64,000 nt of DNA. Origin: an uncultured Gammaproteobacteria bacterium. GTDB lineage: Bacteria > Patescibacteriota > Microgenomatia > Daviesbacterales > UBA10151. Shown here piece after piece: positions 11,210-19,590 of this stretch. The stretch spans positions 131,964 to 195,963 of the forward strand of contig CAYMZD010000002.1 in assembly GCA_964394855.1 (NCBI GenBank). Direction: 5' to 3'. The position numbers and the translations under genes are program-made. Within the stretch, counting starts at the first letter, position 1. The number at the start of each line of letters is the position of its first letter. Under the pieces are notes generated by a model, which saw nothing but the letters and a program-made list of their open reading frames with translations, had not been told where the DNA came from and searched no databases.

Positions 11210-11794
11210 ATGGTAGCAGTGGATCAACCATTTATTGATTTTGAACTGTCTTTTTATGATCCCCAAACTAAAAAAGTGGGGAAAGTTTCACTGAGTAGTA
11301 TTCTCAAAAAAAAGGAGTGGTTTACTCTCTTTTTTTATCCGGCTGATTTTACCTTTGTTTGTCCAACAGAACTGGCAGACTTAGCCAAAAGATATCAAGA
11401 GTTTAAGAATGCAGATTGTCAAATTTATGCTGTTTCCACCGATACAGTTTATACACATAAAGCTTGGCTGGAAAAGGAAAAATTGCTGGAAAATGTTAAA
11501 TACCCGATGCTCTCGGATCATAGTGGAAAATTGTCACAGGAACTTTCAATTTTGGATGATAACGGTATGGCCCAGAGAGCCTATTACATCATTGATCCCA
11601 AAGGGGTGCTGCGAGCCATGCAAGTTGTCAGTGATAATATTGGTAGATCAGCTCAAGAAATTCTAAGACAGGTTAAGGCTTTAAAATATGTATCAGAACA
11701 TCCGGGTTTGGCGTGTCCTGCCAGTTGGGATATTGGTGAAAAAACTCTAAAACCCGATATTGCCATCTCCGGCAAGGTTTTTGAGAAACTGTGA
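11210..11794 (+). CDS. ahpC: 2-Cys peroxiredoxin (AhpC/TSA family)
   Basis: FFYPADFTFVCPTE peroxidatic motif and ACPASW resolving Cys. Confidence 0.93.
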   Translation: MVAVDQPFIDFELSFYDPQTKKVGKVSLSSILKKKEWFTLFFYPADFTFVCPTELADLAKRYQEFKNADCQIYAVSTDTVYTHKAWLEKEKLLENVKYPMLSDHSGKLSQELSILDDNGMAQRAYYIIDPKGVLRAMQVVSDNIGRSAQEILRQVKALKYVSEHPGLACPASWDIGEKTLKPDIAISGKVFEKL

Positions 11795-11812
11795 GCAGTA
11801 AATCAGTGGTCT

Positions 11813-12559
11813 ATGGAGATACCTAAAACATTAGATCAATTAAATGAACAGTTAGATGGTTGGTCGGATATGTTAAAAGACCCATTATGGTATCAACAAG
11901 CTATGCCCATACTTTTAGATTGGTGGGAGAATTTCCCCAAGGATGAAACTAGAGAATTATTAAAGGATCGAATTTATCAATATTTTGCGGACAAATTAGA
12001 AAAAGGAGAAATTGTCCTTGGTCGTAAAGGACCAAATTTTGATCAGGAGAGGAAACCTGTTGACACTATCATTATTCATCACAGCAGCAGGAAACCGGGT
12101 GTATCTTGGCAAGAATTATCAGCCATTGGTTTTTTAAGACAATATGTTCATGATTACTATTTATATGATGACGTTTTTGATCAAGATACAAAAGATCAAC
12201 CTATCTGGTCCGGTCATTTTAGAGATGGTATCCAGGTATTTTATGCTTATCACTGGTTGGTTAGGATGAATGGTGAATCAGTTAGGTTGTTGGAGGATCA
12301 CTACTTGGGTTGGCATGCAGGTAATAGAGATGTTAACAGAAGAAGCATAGCTATAGTTTTAGATGGAGATTTTCAAAACAGTGAACCATCCCATCTATCC
12401 TTGGAAGGTGTTGCCAGACTAATGAGGGAACAGTATCCACATATTAAAACTGCCAAAATCTTAGGACATTTAGAAGTAAGTAAAACTGAATGTCCTGGTA
12501 GATTATTTTTACCTGTTTGGAAAAATAAACTACTTTCCAAATTCTTTGAGCCACAATAG
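11813..12559 (+). CDS. N-acetylmuramoyl-L-alanine amidase (Amidase_2/PGRP-like) with N-terminal extension
   Basis: IIIHHS, YAYHWLV, GWHAG..N..SIAI, GH...TECPG Zn-ligand pattern. Confidence 0.85.
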   Translation: MEIPKTLDQLNEQLDGWSDMLKDPLWYQQAMPILLDWWENFPKDETRELLKDRIYQYFADKLEKGEIVLGRKGPNFDQERKPVDTIIIHHSSRKPGVSWQELSAIGFLRQYVHDYYLYDDVFDQDTKDQPIWSGHFRDGIQVFYAYHWLVRMNGESVRLLEDHYLGWHAGNRDVNRRSIAIVLDGDFQNSEPSHLSLEGVARLMREQYPHIKTAKILGHLEVSKTECPGRLFLPVWKNKLLSKFFEPQ

Positions 12560-14162
12560 CATTGAAGTATGATGGATGATAAAATACTAGAGTTACGGGG
12601 TGTAGTTCATCGGTAGAACGCTCGCATGGGGTGCGAGAAGTAGCAGGTTCAATTCCTGTCACCCCGACCAAAAGTGAATCCGCAAGGCTGGCCGGAATTT
12701 GGCTCTGGCTGGGTGGGGTCAGCCAGAGCTCTGCAAAGCCCTGATTATATTTTGGGACAAGCCGCCGATCAGTTAAAAAGAAGTTCGAGCCGACAGTTTT
12801 TGCTCCGATTGCTAAATCGGAGCATGTATTTTTTGCGCGCGCGATTTTTGCGCACGATAGTGCGCTACCAATGAAGTTTTTGAAAGGTTCGAGCCAACTC
12901 GAACCATTTATGTTTATTTGTCCCAATTCTTCATTAATTTTTAATTTTTCTTCGAAAAATTCGTTCTTTTTTGACTTGTAAACTTCGGGTTCAATAATCC
13001 CTTCTAAATATCCATCAAGAAGTTTATTAAGTTTTATATCCATGTCTTTCAGTTCCAACTCCAATTTTTCAATGTTCTCATGAATGGATACAGTTTCTAA
13101 TTTTTTATCTTCCTCTAACCGTTTGTACCAGTCATTAGCCCACTCTTGGGGTAACGCTACATCGTCAATGGCTTTTCTAAATTGGGTTTCTAATTCCGGT
13201 TCTGAAATATATTTTTGAGTGCAAGGTTTTAACTTTTTAGTGCAACGGTAGTAAATATATTCTACAGTTCTATCGGTACCTTTATAATATTTCTTGTGAG
13301 ATTCAGCGGTGATGCTTGCCCCGCACTCTCCGCATTTTATCAAACCCATAAAGGCAAAGTTATATCTTCTTTTTTTGTGTCTGTCTCTAAACTTTAATTC
13401 TTGCTGGACTTTTTGGAATAACTCTTTTGAAATTATTGTTTTATGATTTCCTTCGTGATACTCTCCGTTGTACTCCATAATGCCAACATAAAATCTATTG
13501 GCTAAAATTCTTCTGATTTCGTTTATATGTAATGGCTTATTATTTTTTCTTTTAAGATGAAATTTATGGAGAAACAAAGCAATATCGGTAAATGTTTTGT
13601 TGCCTTCTGCAAATAATTCAAATGCCTTCTTAATTGCTTTTAATTTTTCCGGCTCAACATCTATCCCTCTAGTTTTTGGATTGTTAATATAACCATCAGG
13701 AGCTTTGCCAGGATAAACACCGTTTCGGAGTTTTTGACGTAACCCTCTTTTTACATTTTCCGATAAATTATCCACATAATACTTAGACTGTCCAAAAGCT
13801 ATATTTAACATGAATTTTCCTTGGGGAGTATTTTCAAACCAAGAGGTCGGAAACTTTAGATCAAGCAGTTTTCCGGTATCAAGAAGATAAATTATTTTCC
13901 CGCCATCAATACTATTTCTTGCTAATCGGTCGGGGTGCCAGGCGATAATCCCTCCTATCTGTTGTTTTTCTATCTTCTTTAAAACTTCTGCAAATTTCTC
14001 TCTGCCAGGAACCTTAGCTGTTTTTTCTTCTTCCACAAATTCAGTAATTTCCAAACGTTCTCTTTTTGCGTACTCCTTCAACTCCGCTATTTGAGCAGAG
14101 ATAGATAATATCTGTTTGTCTTTTTCTTCCCGAGATTTTCTGCAATAGGCTATGTATTTCAT
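12444..14162 (-). CDS. Large serine recombinase (resolvase + recombinase + Zn-ribbon + coiled coil); reading frame runs antisense through tRNA-Pro
   Basis: YCRKS catalytic Ser, WHPDRLARN, LIKCGECG..YYRC..C zinc ribbon; tail VGVTGIEPATSRTP is the antisense tRNA. Confidence 0.95.
   Translation of the reverse strand: MKYIAYCRKSREEKDKQILSISAQIAELKEYAKRERLEITEFVEEEKTAKVPGREKFAEVLKKIEKQQIGGIIAWHPDRLARNSIDGGKIIYLLDTGKLLDLKFPTSWFENTPQGKFMLNIAFGQSKYYVDNLSENVKRGLRQKLRNGVYPGKAPDGYINNPKTRGIDVEPEKLKAIKKAFELFAEGNKTFTDIALFLHKFHLKRKNNKPLHINEIRRILANRFYVGIMEYNGEYHEGNHKTIISKELFQKVQQELKFRDRHKKRRYNFAFMGLIKCGECGASITAESHKKYYKGTDRTVEYIYYRCTKKLKPCTQKYISEPELETQFRKAIDDVALPQEWANDWYKRLEEDKKLETVSIHENIEKLELELKDMDIKLNKLLDGYLEGIIEPEVYKSKKNEFFEEKLKINEELGQININGSSWLEPFKNFIGSALSCAKIARAKNTCSDLAIGAKTVGSNFFLTDRRLVPKYNQGFAELWLTPPSQSQIPASLADSLLVGVTGIEPATSRTPCERSTDELHPVTLVFYHPSYFNAIVAQRIWKVVYFSKQVKIIYQDIQFYLLLNVLRFWQF
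12596..12670 (+). tRNA. tRNA-Pro(GGG), CCA encoded; integration target of the island
   Basis: Cloverleaf: acceptor CGGGGTG/CACCCCG, anticodon stem CTCGC/GCGAG with loop ATGGGGT, T-arm GGTTCAATTCC. Confidence 0.97.
12665..12767 (+). repeat. Inverted repeat A, left copy (103 bp)
   Basis: Exact reverse complement of 14209-14311; a further 11 bp match (12772-12782 vs 14198-14208) after a 4-bp indel. Confidence 0.97.
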
Positions 14163-14208
14163 ACAAGTAAAATTTTTGCGTGTCTTCCCGTTTTTTGTTC
14201 TTTTTAAC

Positions 14209-14311
14209 CGGCGGCTTGTCCCAAAATATAATCAGGGCTTTGCAGAGCTCTGGCTGACCCCACCCAGCCAGAGCCAAATTCCGGCCAGCCTTGCGGATTC
14301 ACTTTTGGTCG
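14209..14311 (-). repeat. Inverted repeat A, right copy (103 bp)
   Basis: Exact reverse complement of 12665-12767; lies 47 bp upstream of the recombinase ATG. Confidence 0.97.
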
Positions 14312-14395
14312 AGCTTTACAAAAAAATTCGAACCCGCTTTAAGTCGAATCGGTAGCCCGCCTTCGGCGGGCTTTTGTTCCGCTCGGCCTTCGGCC
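14308..14395 (+). repeat. Inverted repeat B, left copy (88 bp); overlaps repeat A by GTCG
   Basis: Exact reverse complement of 21405-21492. Confidence 0.97.
14354..14375 (+). terminator. Intrinsic terminator within repeat B, directly after the alternative recombinase stop codon
   Basis: AGCCCGCC-TTC-GGCGGGCT-TTT following TAG at 14353-14355. Confidence 0.7.
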
Positions 14396-14586
14396 GAAGC
14401 TCTAAAACTGTCGGCCGAACTCCGCCAAAGGCGGACAAAAAACGCAAAAATTTAATGCACCCCTCGCCAAAGGCGAGGCAAAGAACTTTTCAAAAATTAA
14501 AATGGCCGCTCTGGCGTACTCAAATCCTTGCGAATGTGTCCAAAGCGGCCATTAAAAAACCGAGAGTCAAATTTGAGCACCGTTTT

Positions 14587-14614
14587 AATATAGCAGGTTA
14601 TAAGAAGTTTTCAA
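14587..14614 (-). promoter_or_regulatory. Putative sigma70 promoter facing the middle att-like site and the recombinase
   Basis: Minus strand TTGAAA-N16-TATATT with extended -10 TG. Confidence 0.5.
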
Positions 14615-14659
14615 CTGAGAGTTTCTGTATCAAAATGCTAAGGTTTTTTTAAACTTTTC

Positions 14660-14899
14660 TTAATGTTCGGTATCTTTTCTCGAAATCGGATCGTTGCTAT
14701 TTATTGTATCTTTGCTTCTAATCTGCCCATGTTGATTTTGAGTAATTAACTCTCCTCCACCATTGTTTTGTAGAACATTTCTTCCGTAATTCTCTGCATC
14801 TCTTTGAGTATCGAAGATACGAGAGGCTCTCTCGGCTCCTTCTTTCTGTGCTTTCCACTGATCACTATCTGGAGATATCCAAATATTTTTACTTGCCAT
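14660..14899 (-). CDS. DUF2188-family small protein (79 aa)
   Basis: W.A.KEGAERAS.IFDTQ.DA..GR....GGGEL......GQIR..D pattern; G-rich RBS before ATG 14899. Confidence 0.8.
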   Translation of the reverse strand: MASKNIWISPDSDQWKAQKEGAERASRIFDTQRDAENYGRNVLQNNGGGELITQNQHGQIRSKDTINSNDPISRKDTEH

Positions 14900-15833
14900 T
14901 CTTTTCCCCACCCCCTTTAATAAGTTCTTCAATCTTTTTCTTCCAACCGACGCGATGTATTACCCGGGCTTTTTGTAATTTTTCATTCAATATTTCCGCC
15001 TTTGTTTTTTTGGATATCTCTTCCCACAATTCACTGAGCACATAAGTTGCATTACCGTAATACATGCTTTCTAAGACATAGAGCTTGTTTTCTGTAAAGC
15101 CATGCACAATATAACCATGAAATCCTCCAGTCCCGATGGCTCTAAAATCCGGCTTAAGCGCGTTTACGGTTTTCAAACGATAGTAGAGTATTTGCTGATT
15201 TCCCCTTGGCGCACTTTTAACTATTGGCTCTACCTCTTTTCTAAATTTTTCCCATGGCATCTCTCCTTGCGGAAGCACTACCCAGTTGAGTCTTTTTAAA
15301 GGAGTCTTTAGAATTACTTCCAAATTTTCAGTAAAAAATTCACACTCTCCAAAATATTCAAGGAATAAGTTTACAACATGTTTTAAAACTTTATTGTTCT
15401 CTTCTGTTTTTTCTAGTGCTGGTGCAGTTAGTAAAAATATATCTTCCGCATTCAGAGATAGCATAAGCTCAATTGAGGGTGGAGGTATGAAGGAACGAGG
15501 ATATCTTTTGTAAGGAACATCGACAATTTTGGATTGTTCAACTCTATATGGACCATGCCATTCCGTCCAATGCCAATCAATTTGCCTGTAAGCGGTTTCC
15601 ATTGGCGAATCTTTATGTTTAATTATCTTACCTTCTGCATTATACTTACTAATATTTCCAAGCGATGCTGGAAGGATAGATTGTCCTTTTTGATAAGGCT
15701 CTAAAAAACCTAGGCGTTTTAAAGTTGTGGAAAATCTTAAAGGATCAGTAATGCCAATAATAATTTTAGAGCCATTTTGGATATGGCTAATATATGGAGA
15801 TATGTTTCGAATACGCTTTTTCTGTATAATCAT
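14889..15833 (-). CDS. Uncharacterised 314-aa protein, coupled to DUF2188
   Basis: Long clean ORF overlapping the DUF2188 start; conserved-looking motifs LNW.VLP.G, GF.GY, LES.YYGNATY, RVIH..GW. Confidence 0.8.
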   Translation of the reverse strand: MIIQKKRIRNISPYISHIQNGSKIIIGITDPLRFSTTLKRLGFLEPYQKGQSILPASLGNISKYNAEGKIIKHKDSPMETAYRQIDWHWTEWHGPYRVEQSKIVDVPYKRYPRSFIPPPSIELMLSLNAEDIFLLTAPALEKTEENNKVLKHVVNLFLEYFGECEFFTENLEVILKTPLKRLNWVVLPQGEMPWEKFRKEVEPIVKSAPRGNQQILYYRLKTVNALKPDFRAIGTGGFHGYIVHGFTENKLYVLESMYYGNATYVLSELWEEISKKTKAEILNEKLQKARVIHRVGWKKKIEELIKGGGEKNGK

Positions 15834-15875
15834 TTTTATAATAACCGTTTTTCTTAGACAGTAAGAAATCTATAC

Positions 15876-15932
15876 TTGACATTATTATAACAGATGTGGT
15901 AGGATTTACAAGGTGGTAAATAATAACCACCT
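15876..15932 (+). promoter_or_regulatory. lexA promoter and candidate operator dyad
   Basis: TTGACA(15876)-N18-TAGGAT with extended -10 TG; perfect dyad AGGTGGT-N8-ACCACCT at 15911-15932, 3 bp before the ATG. Confidence 0.65.
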
Positions 15933-15935
15933 ATT

Positions 15936-16559
15936 ATGCAATATTTACCCTCAAAAACAGAAAAAGTTTTACAAACTCTTATTCAATTCCAAAACAAAAA
16001 CGGTTACTCTCCTTCGATAACAGAGTTAAAAACTATCGTTGGAAATAAATCCACGCGCGGAATTGTTTTGCAATTAGATAAACTGCAGAAACTGGGTTAT
16101 ATCCAGCGTGAAAAAAACTCGAGGCGGGCAATTAAAATATTACGTAAGCCCATAAAAATTAATAAGGAAACTATGATTAATGTTCCTGTCCTTGGCGAGA
16201 TTAGGGCCGGCTATGGTTCTTTGGCTGAACAAAATATTGAAGGCTATGAAAAGATTCCCCTACTCTTGGCGAAAGGTCAAAGAGATGTCTTCATACTTCG
16301 GGTCAAAGGGACAAGTATGTTAAAAGCGGGCATAAATCCAGGAGATTTAGCCATAATAGCACCACAAAACAACGCTAATAACGGAGACATTGTAATTGCT
16401 TTTGATCCAGATGATGAAACAGCAACGCTAAAAAGATTTAAGCGATTGCAAGATTATGTTATGCTTTTACCAGAAAGCGATGATCCAAGTTATCAGCCTA
16501 AAATCGGAAAACAATTTGTAATACAAGGTAAATTTATAGACTTATTAAGAAAAAACTAA
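15936..16559 (+). CDS. lexA: LexA-family repressor (wHTH + S24 autopeptidase)
   Basis: GYSPSITEL wHTH, PVLGEIRAG Ala-Gly cleavage site, LRVKGTSM Ser, ATLKRF Lys. Confidence 0.9.
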   Translation: MQYLPSKTEKVLQTLIQFQNKNGYSPSITELKTIVGNKSTRGIVLQLDKLQKLGYIQREKNSRRAIKILRKPIKINKETMINVPVLGEIRAGYGSLAEQNIEGYEKIPLLLAKGQRDVFILRVKGTSMLKAGINPGDLAIIAPQNNANNGDIVIAFDPDDETATLKRFKRLQDYVMLLPESDDPSYQPKIGKQFVIQGKFIDLLRKN

Positions 16560-16564
16560 CTCTT

Positions 16565-18463
16565 ATGATTTTTAAACCTGCCATAAATAATTCAAAAAAG
16601 ATTTTCTCAATATACAATTCTCTTTCTTCAAGTGGCTTATCAGATGCTCAAATAATTAGTGCCCTTTTAAATTTGTTGAAGACAAAAAATATTGATAATG
16701 ACCTGACGTTGCTCGTTTTATTTTCTGATCTCTACACAAATCATAATTTAGATTTTATTAGTGTAATAGAATTAATTGGCCTTGCTCACCAAAAAGCTAA
16801 AGAAAAATCCTCCATTTCAGGCACTGATGAAAGAAAACATAATGGGATCTACTATACTAATTATTCCATTGCTAAACGAATAGCCGAAGAAACTCTTTCT
16901 TTTTATGGTAAAGATTTTGATCCTGCCAAAAATAAATTTCTTGAACCCTGTGCCGGAACGGGGATATTTGGGATTGCTTATTTAGATACAATTTTTCAGT
17001 TAGATAAAAAGTATATTTTAAATGCACAAAATATTATAAATAATATGTTTTTTGCTGACATAGACGGAGAAGCTATTGCATTGTTAAAAACAATTATTAA
17101 TCTTTATCTTAAAGCAAAATATTCTGTTAACGCATCAGTACCGGATAAAAATATCTTTATTGGCAACGTCCTATTTAGAAATAATACTGATGGGTCTATA
17201 TCAAAAAATGATCTTACAATTCAATTCAATATAAAAGATGGGTTCGATGTAGTATTAACAAACCCTCCTTACAAATTACTTAAGGCAAATTCAAACAAGT
17301 ATAATGAGGTTACGGACAATTACAAAGATGAGATAACAAAAATATTGGATTTTATTAGAAAACACAATGCTTATAAATTTAATTCAGGTACTTTAAATCT
17401 TTATAAACTTTTTGTTGAAGAAATTCTCGAAAATTATACTAAAAAAGATGGCAAGATAGGATTGCTTATTCCATCTACATTACTTAGTGATAAACAAAGT
17501 TACGAATTAAGAAAAAGAATACTTGAGAATTACTACCTCTCAACAATATATACGATTCCAGAAAAAAATAACTTCTTTTTAGATATTAGCCAAGCATTCT
17601 GTTTTTTTTCCCTAGATAAAAGTAATTCTTCGGGTGAATTAATACTAAAAACAAATGTATCCGATGTGGGAGGGTTTAATAAAGAAAATATATCCGTAAG
17701 CAAAATGCGGATAAGTATGATTTCCACCTTACAGGAAATAATTTCTACCGACAAAATAGGCTGGCAGATCTTAAATAAGATGCACAAAAATAAAAAACTT
17801 AAAGAGATTTCATCTATTACTAATTTAAGAGGCGAACTCGATTTAACTCTGGATAAAAAATTCATCATAAATGAAGGAAGTGAATATAATCTCCTTCGTG
17901 GTAATGGAATAAAGGAGTTTATTTTCAGTAAAGACAATCTATTTGTTGATAATAAATTTATTAACAAATTAAACGGAAAAGCAAAATTTTTATTATCAGA
18001 GAGAATAGTATGCCAACAAATATCAAATATAAATCTTACAAAGAGATTAAAGTTCTCTAAAGTGCCCAAAAATATTGTTTTAGGAAACTCTTGTAATTTC
18101 ATTGTCACAAATTCAGATACTCTATTCTTGGAATCCAATATTAGCCTAGATTATTTACTGGGCGTTCTTAATTCATTTCTCTTAAACTGGCGGTTTCAAT
18201 TAACTAGCTCCAACAATCACATAGGCAACTATGAATTAGACGAACTTCCTTTGGCGATTCCTGACTTAAAACAAAAATCAATAGTAGAGGATTTTGTTGA
18301 TAAACTTGTTGAAGATCCAAACAATAATGAATATAAAGTTAAATTAAATGTTGCAGTATTTGATATATATGGATTAGACCATGAAGAAGCTTTATACATA
18401 TTAGATAAGCATCGAAAAAACGATGTGGCAGAATTAACAGGTAAATATATGCATCAACTATGA
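16565..18463 (+). CDS. N6-adenine DNA methyltransferase of an Alw26I/Eco31I/Esp3I-type R-M system
   Basis: GIYYT, FLEPCAGTG (motif I), NPPY (motif IV), C-terminal YLLGVLNS TRD. Confidence 0.92.
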   Translation: MIFKPAINNSKKIFSIYNSLSSSGLSDAQIISALLNLLKTKNIDNDLTLLVLFSDLYTNHNLDFISVIELIGLAHQKAKEKSSISGTDERKHNGIYYTNYSIAKRIAEETLSFYGKDFDPAKNKFLEPCAGTGIFGIAYLDTIFQLDKKYILNAQNIINNMFFADIDGEAIALLKTIINLYLKAKYSVNASVPDKNIFIGNVLFRNNTDGSISKNDLTIQFNIKDGFDVVLTNPPYKLLKANSNKYNEVTDNYKDEITKILDFIRKHNAYKFNSGTLNLYKLFVEEILENYTKKDGKIGLLIPSTLLSDKQSYELRKRILENYYLSTIYTIPEKNNFFLDISQAFCFFSLDKSNSSGELILKTNVSDVGGFNKENISVSKMRISMISTLQEIISTDKIGWQILNKMHKNKKLKEISSITNLRGELDLTLDKKFIINEGSEYNLLRGNGIKEFIFSKDNLFVDNKFINKLNGKAKFLLSERIVCQQISNINLTKRLKFSKVPKNIVLGNSCNFIVTNSDTLFLESNISLDYLLGVLNSFLLNWRFQLTSSNNHIGNYELDELPLAIPDLKQKSIVEDFVDKLVEDPNNNEYKVKLNVAVFDIYGLDHEEALYILDKHRKNDVAELTGKYMHQL

Positions 18464-19590
18464 TTCATAATCACATAACTTATCCATTGAGTGATCTAGA
18501 TATGCAAATGGTAATAGCCGTGCCACAAGGAGGCAATTGGCGCAATATTCCTCTCGACATTCCTTCAAAAAGACTCGAACAAATCAGAAAATCAGGCGGT
18601 AGAACTACACTGTATGGACGGCTTTCTTGGGATAGTCCAAGCTATACGGTAACTACTTATTTTAATCGTCCCGGAAATGGAACATATGTGCATCCCGAAC
18701 AAAATAGAGTTCTTAGCGCAAGAGAAGCAGCAAGACTACAATCATTTACAGATAGCTTCGTGTTTTCTGGTACAAAAGGAAGCTTGTGTATCCAAATAGG
18801 AAATGCTGTTCCACCATTAATGGCTTATTTTTTAGGTAAACAAATTAAAAAGCAAACAAACACAACTAATGTTGTTGACTTATTTTGTGGTGCAGGTGGT
18901 TTAAGCAAAGGATTTGAATGGGCAGGATATAATATTATTGCTGCAAACGATAACTATAAACAGGCATGCGAAACATATAAAATTAATCACCCACATACTA
19001 TTCTTATTGAAGGAGATATTACTAAAAAGATGGTGAAAGATGCTTTATTCGGAGCTATTAAAGACAAGAAAATAGATATCGTTATTGGAGGTCCTCCTTG
19101 TCAAGGTTTTTCTCATGCAGGGAAGAGGCTAGTAGATGATCCAAGAAATTTTCTTTTCAAAGAATTTGTTGAGATTGTAAAGAAAATAAAACCTAAGGTT
19201 GTTGTATTAGAGAATGTAGAAGGGATTCTAACAATGAATTATGGGAAAAGTTTTGAAAGCATAAAGGAGAGTTTCCGTGAACTAGGGTACAAATTGGATG
19301 GAAGAAAACTACATGCTGTTAAATATGGCGTGCCACAAAAGAGAAAAAGAGTTGTTATGATCGGTGTTTTGGAAGGAGATCCTAGCAAATGTTATCCGGA
19401 AGAGGTAATAAAAAATGAAAATCGATATTTAACTGTTCGGGAAGCAATAGATAATCTACCAGAAATAGTGGTAAATGGTGGTAACCATATTATAAGAAAG
19501 AAAACTAATCCAAAATCTGAATATCAAAAATTCTTAGCAGGCTTAACGGCAATAGAAGATTTTTCAGATTATTTGTCTGCAAGAAGTTAA
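18460..19590 (+). CDS. Circularly permuted C5-cytosine DNA methyltransferase
   Basis: Motifs IX-X (REAARLQSF, QIGNAVPP) precede I (DLFCGAGG), IV (GGPPCQGFS), VI (ENV) and VIII (QKRKR). Confidence 0.95.
   Translation: MIHNHITYPLSDLDMQMVIAVPQGGNWRNIPLDIPSKRLEQIRKSGGRTTLYGRLSWDSPSYTVTTYFNRPGNGTYVHPEQNRVLSAREAARLQSFTDSFVFSGTKGSLCIQIGNAVPPLMAYFLGKQIKKQTNTTNVVDLFCGAGGLSKGFEWAGYNIIAANDNYKQACETYKINHPHTILIEGDITKKMVKDALFGAIKDKKIDIVIGGPPCQGFSHAGKRLVDDPRNFLFKEFVEIVKKIKPKVVVLENVEGILTMNYGKSFESIKESFRELGYKLDGRKLHAVKYGVPQKRKRVVMIGVLEGDPSKCYPEEVIKNENRYLTVREAIDNLPEIVVNGGNHIIRKKTNPKSEYQKFLAGLTAIEDFSDYLSARS

Noticed and set aside
11813-12559. Amidase as a prophage endolysin
   Set aside because: It lies outside the att-like boundary, upstream of the tRNA, with no holin or phage structural genes nearby.
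14152-14355. 67-aa plus-strand ORF identical in part to the recombinase C-terminus
   Set aside because: Explained by inverted repeat A plus arm B; no RBS and a 4-bp indel upstream. Treated as the alternative tail, not an independent gene.
14374-14652. 92-aa ORF (also 12674-12874, 14041-14277 and 20694-20936)
   Set aside because: They run through GC-rich hairpins or repeats or lie antisense to real genes; no RBS or protein-like motifs.
18460-19590. Circular permutation of the C5 methyltransferase as a novelty
   Set aside because: Already known for Alw26I/Eco31I/Esp3I-family C5 MTases; used only as family evidence.
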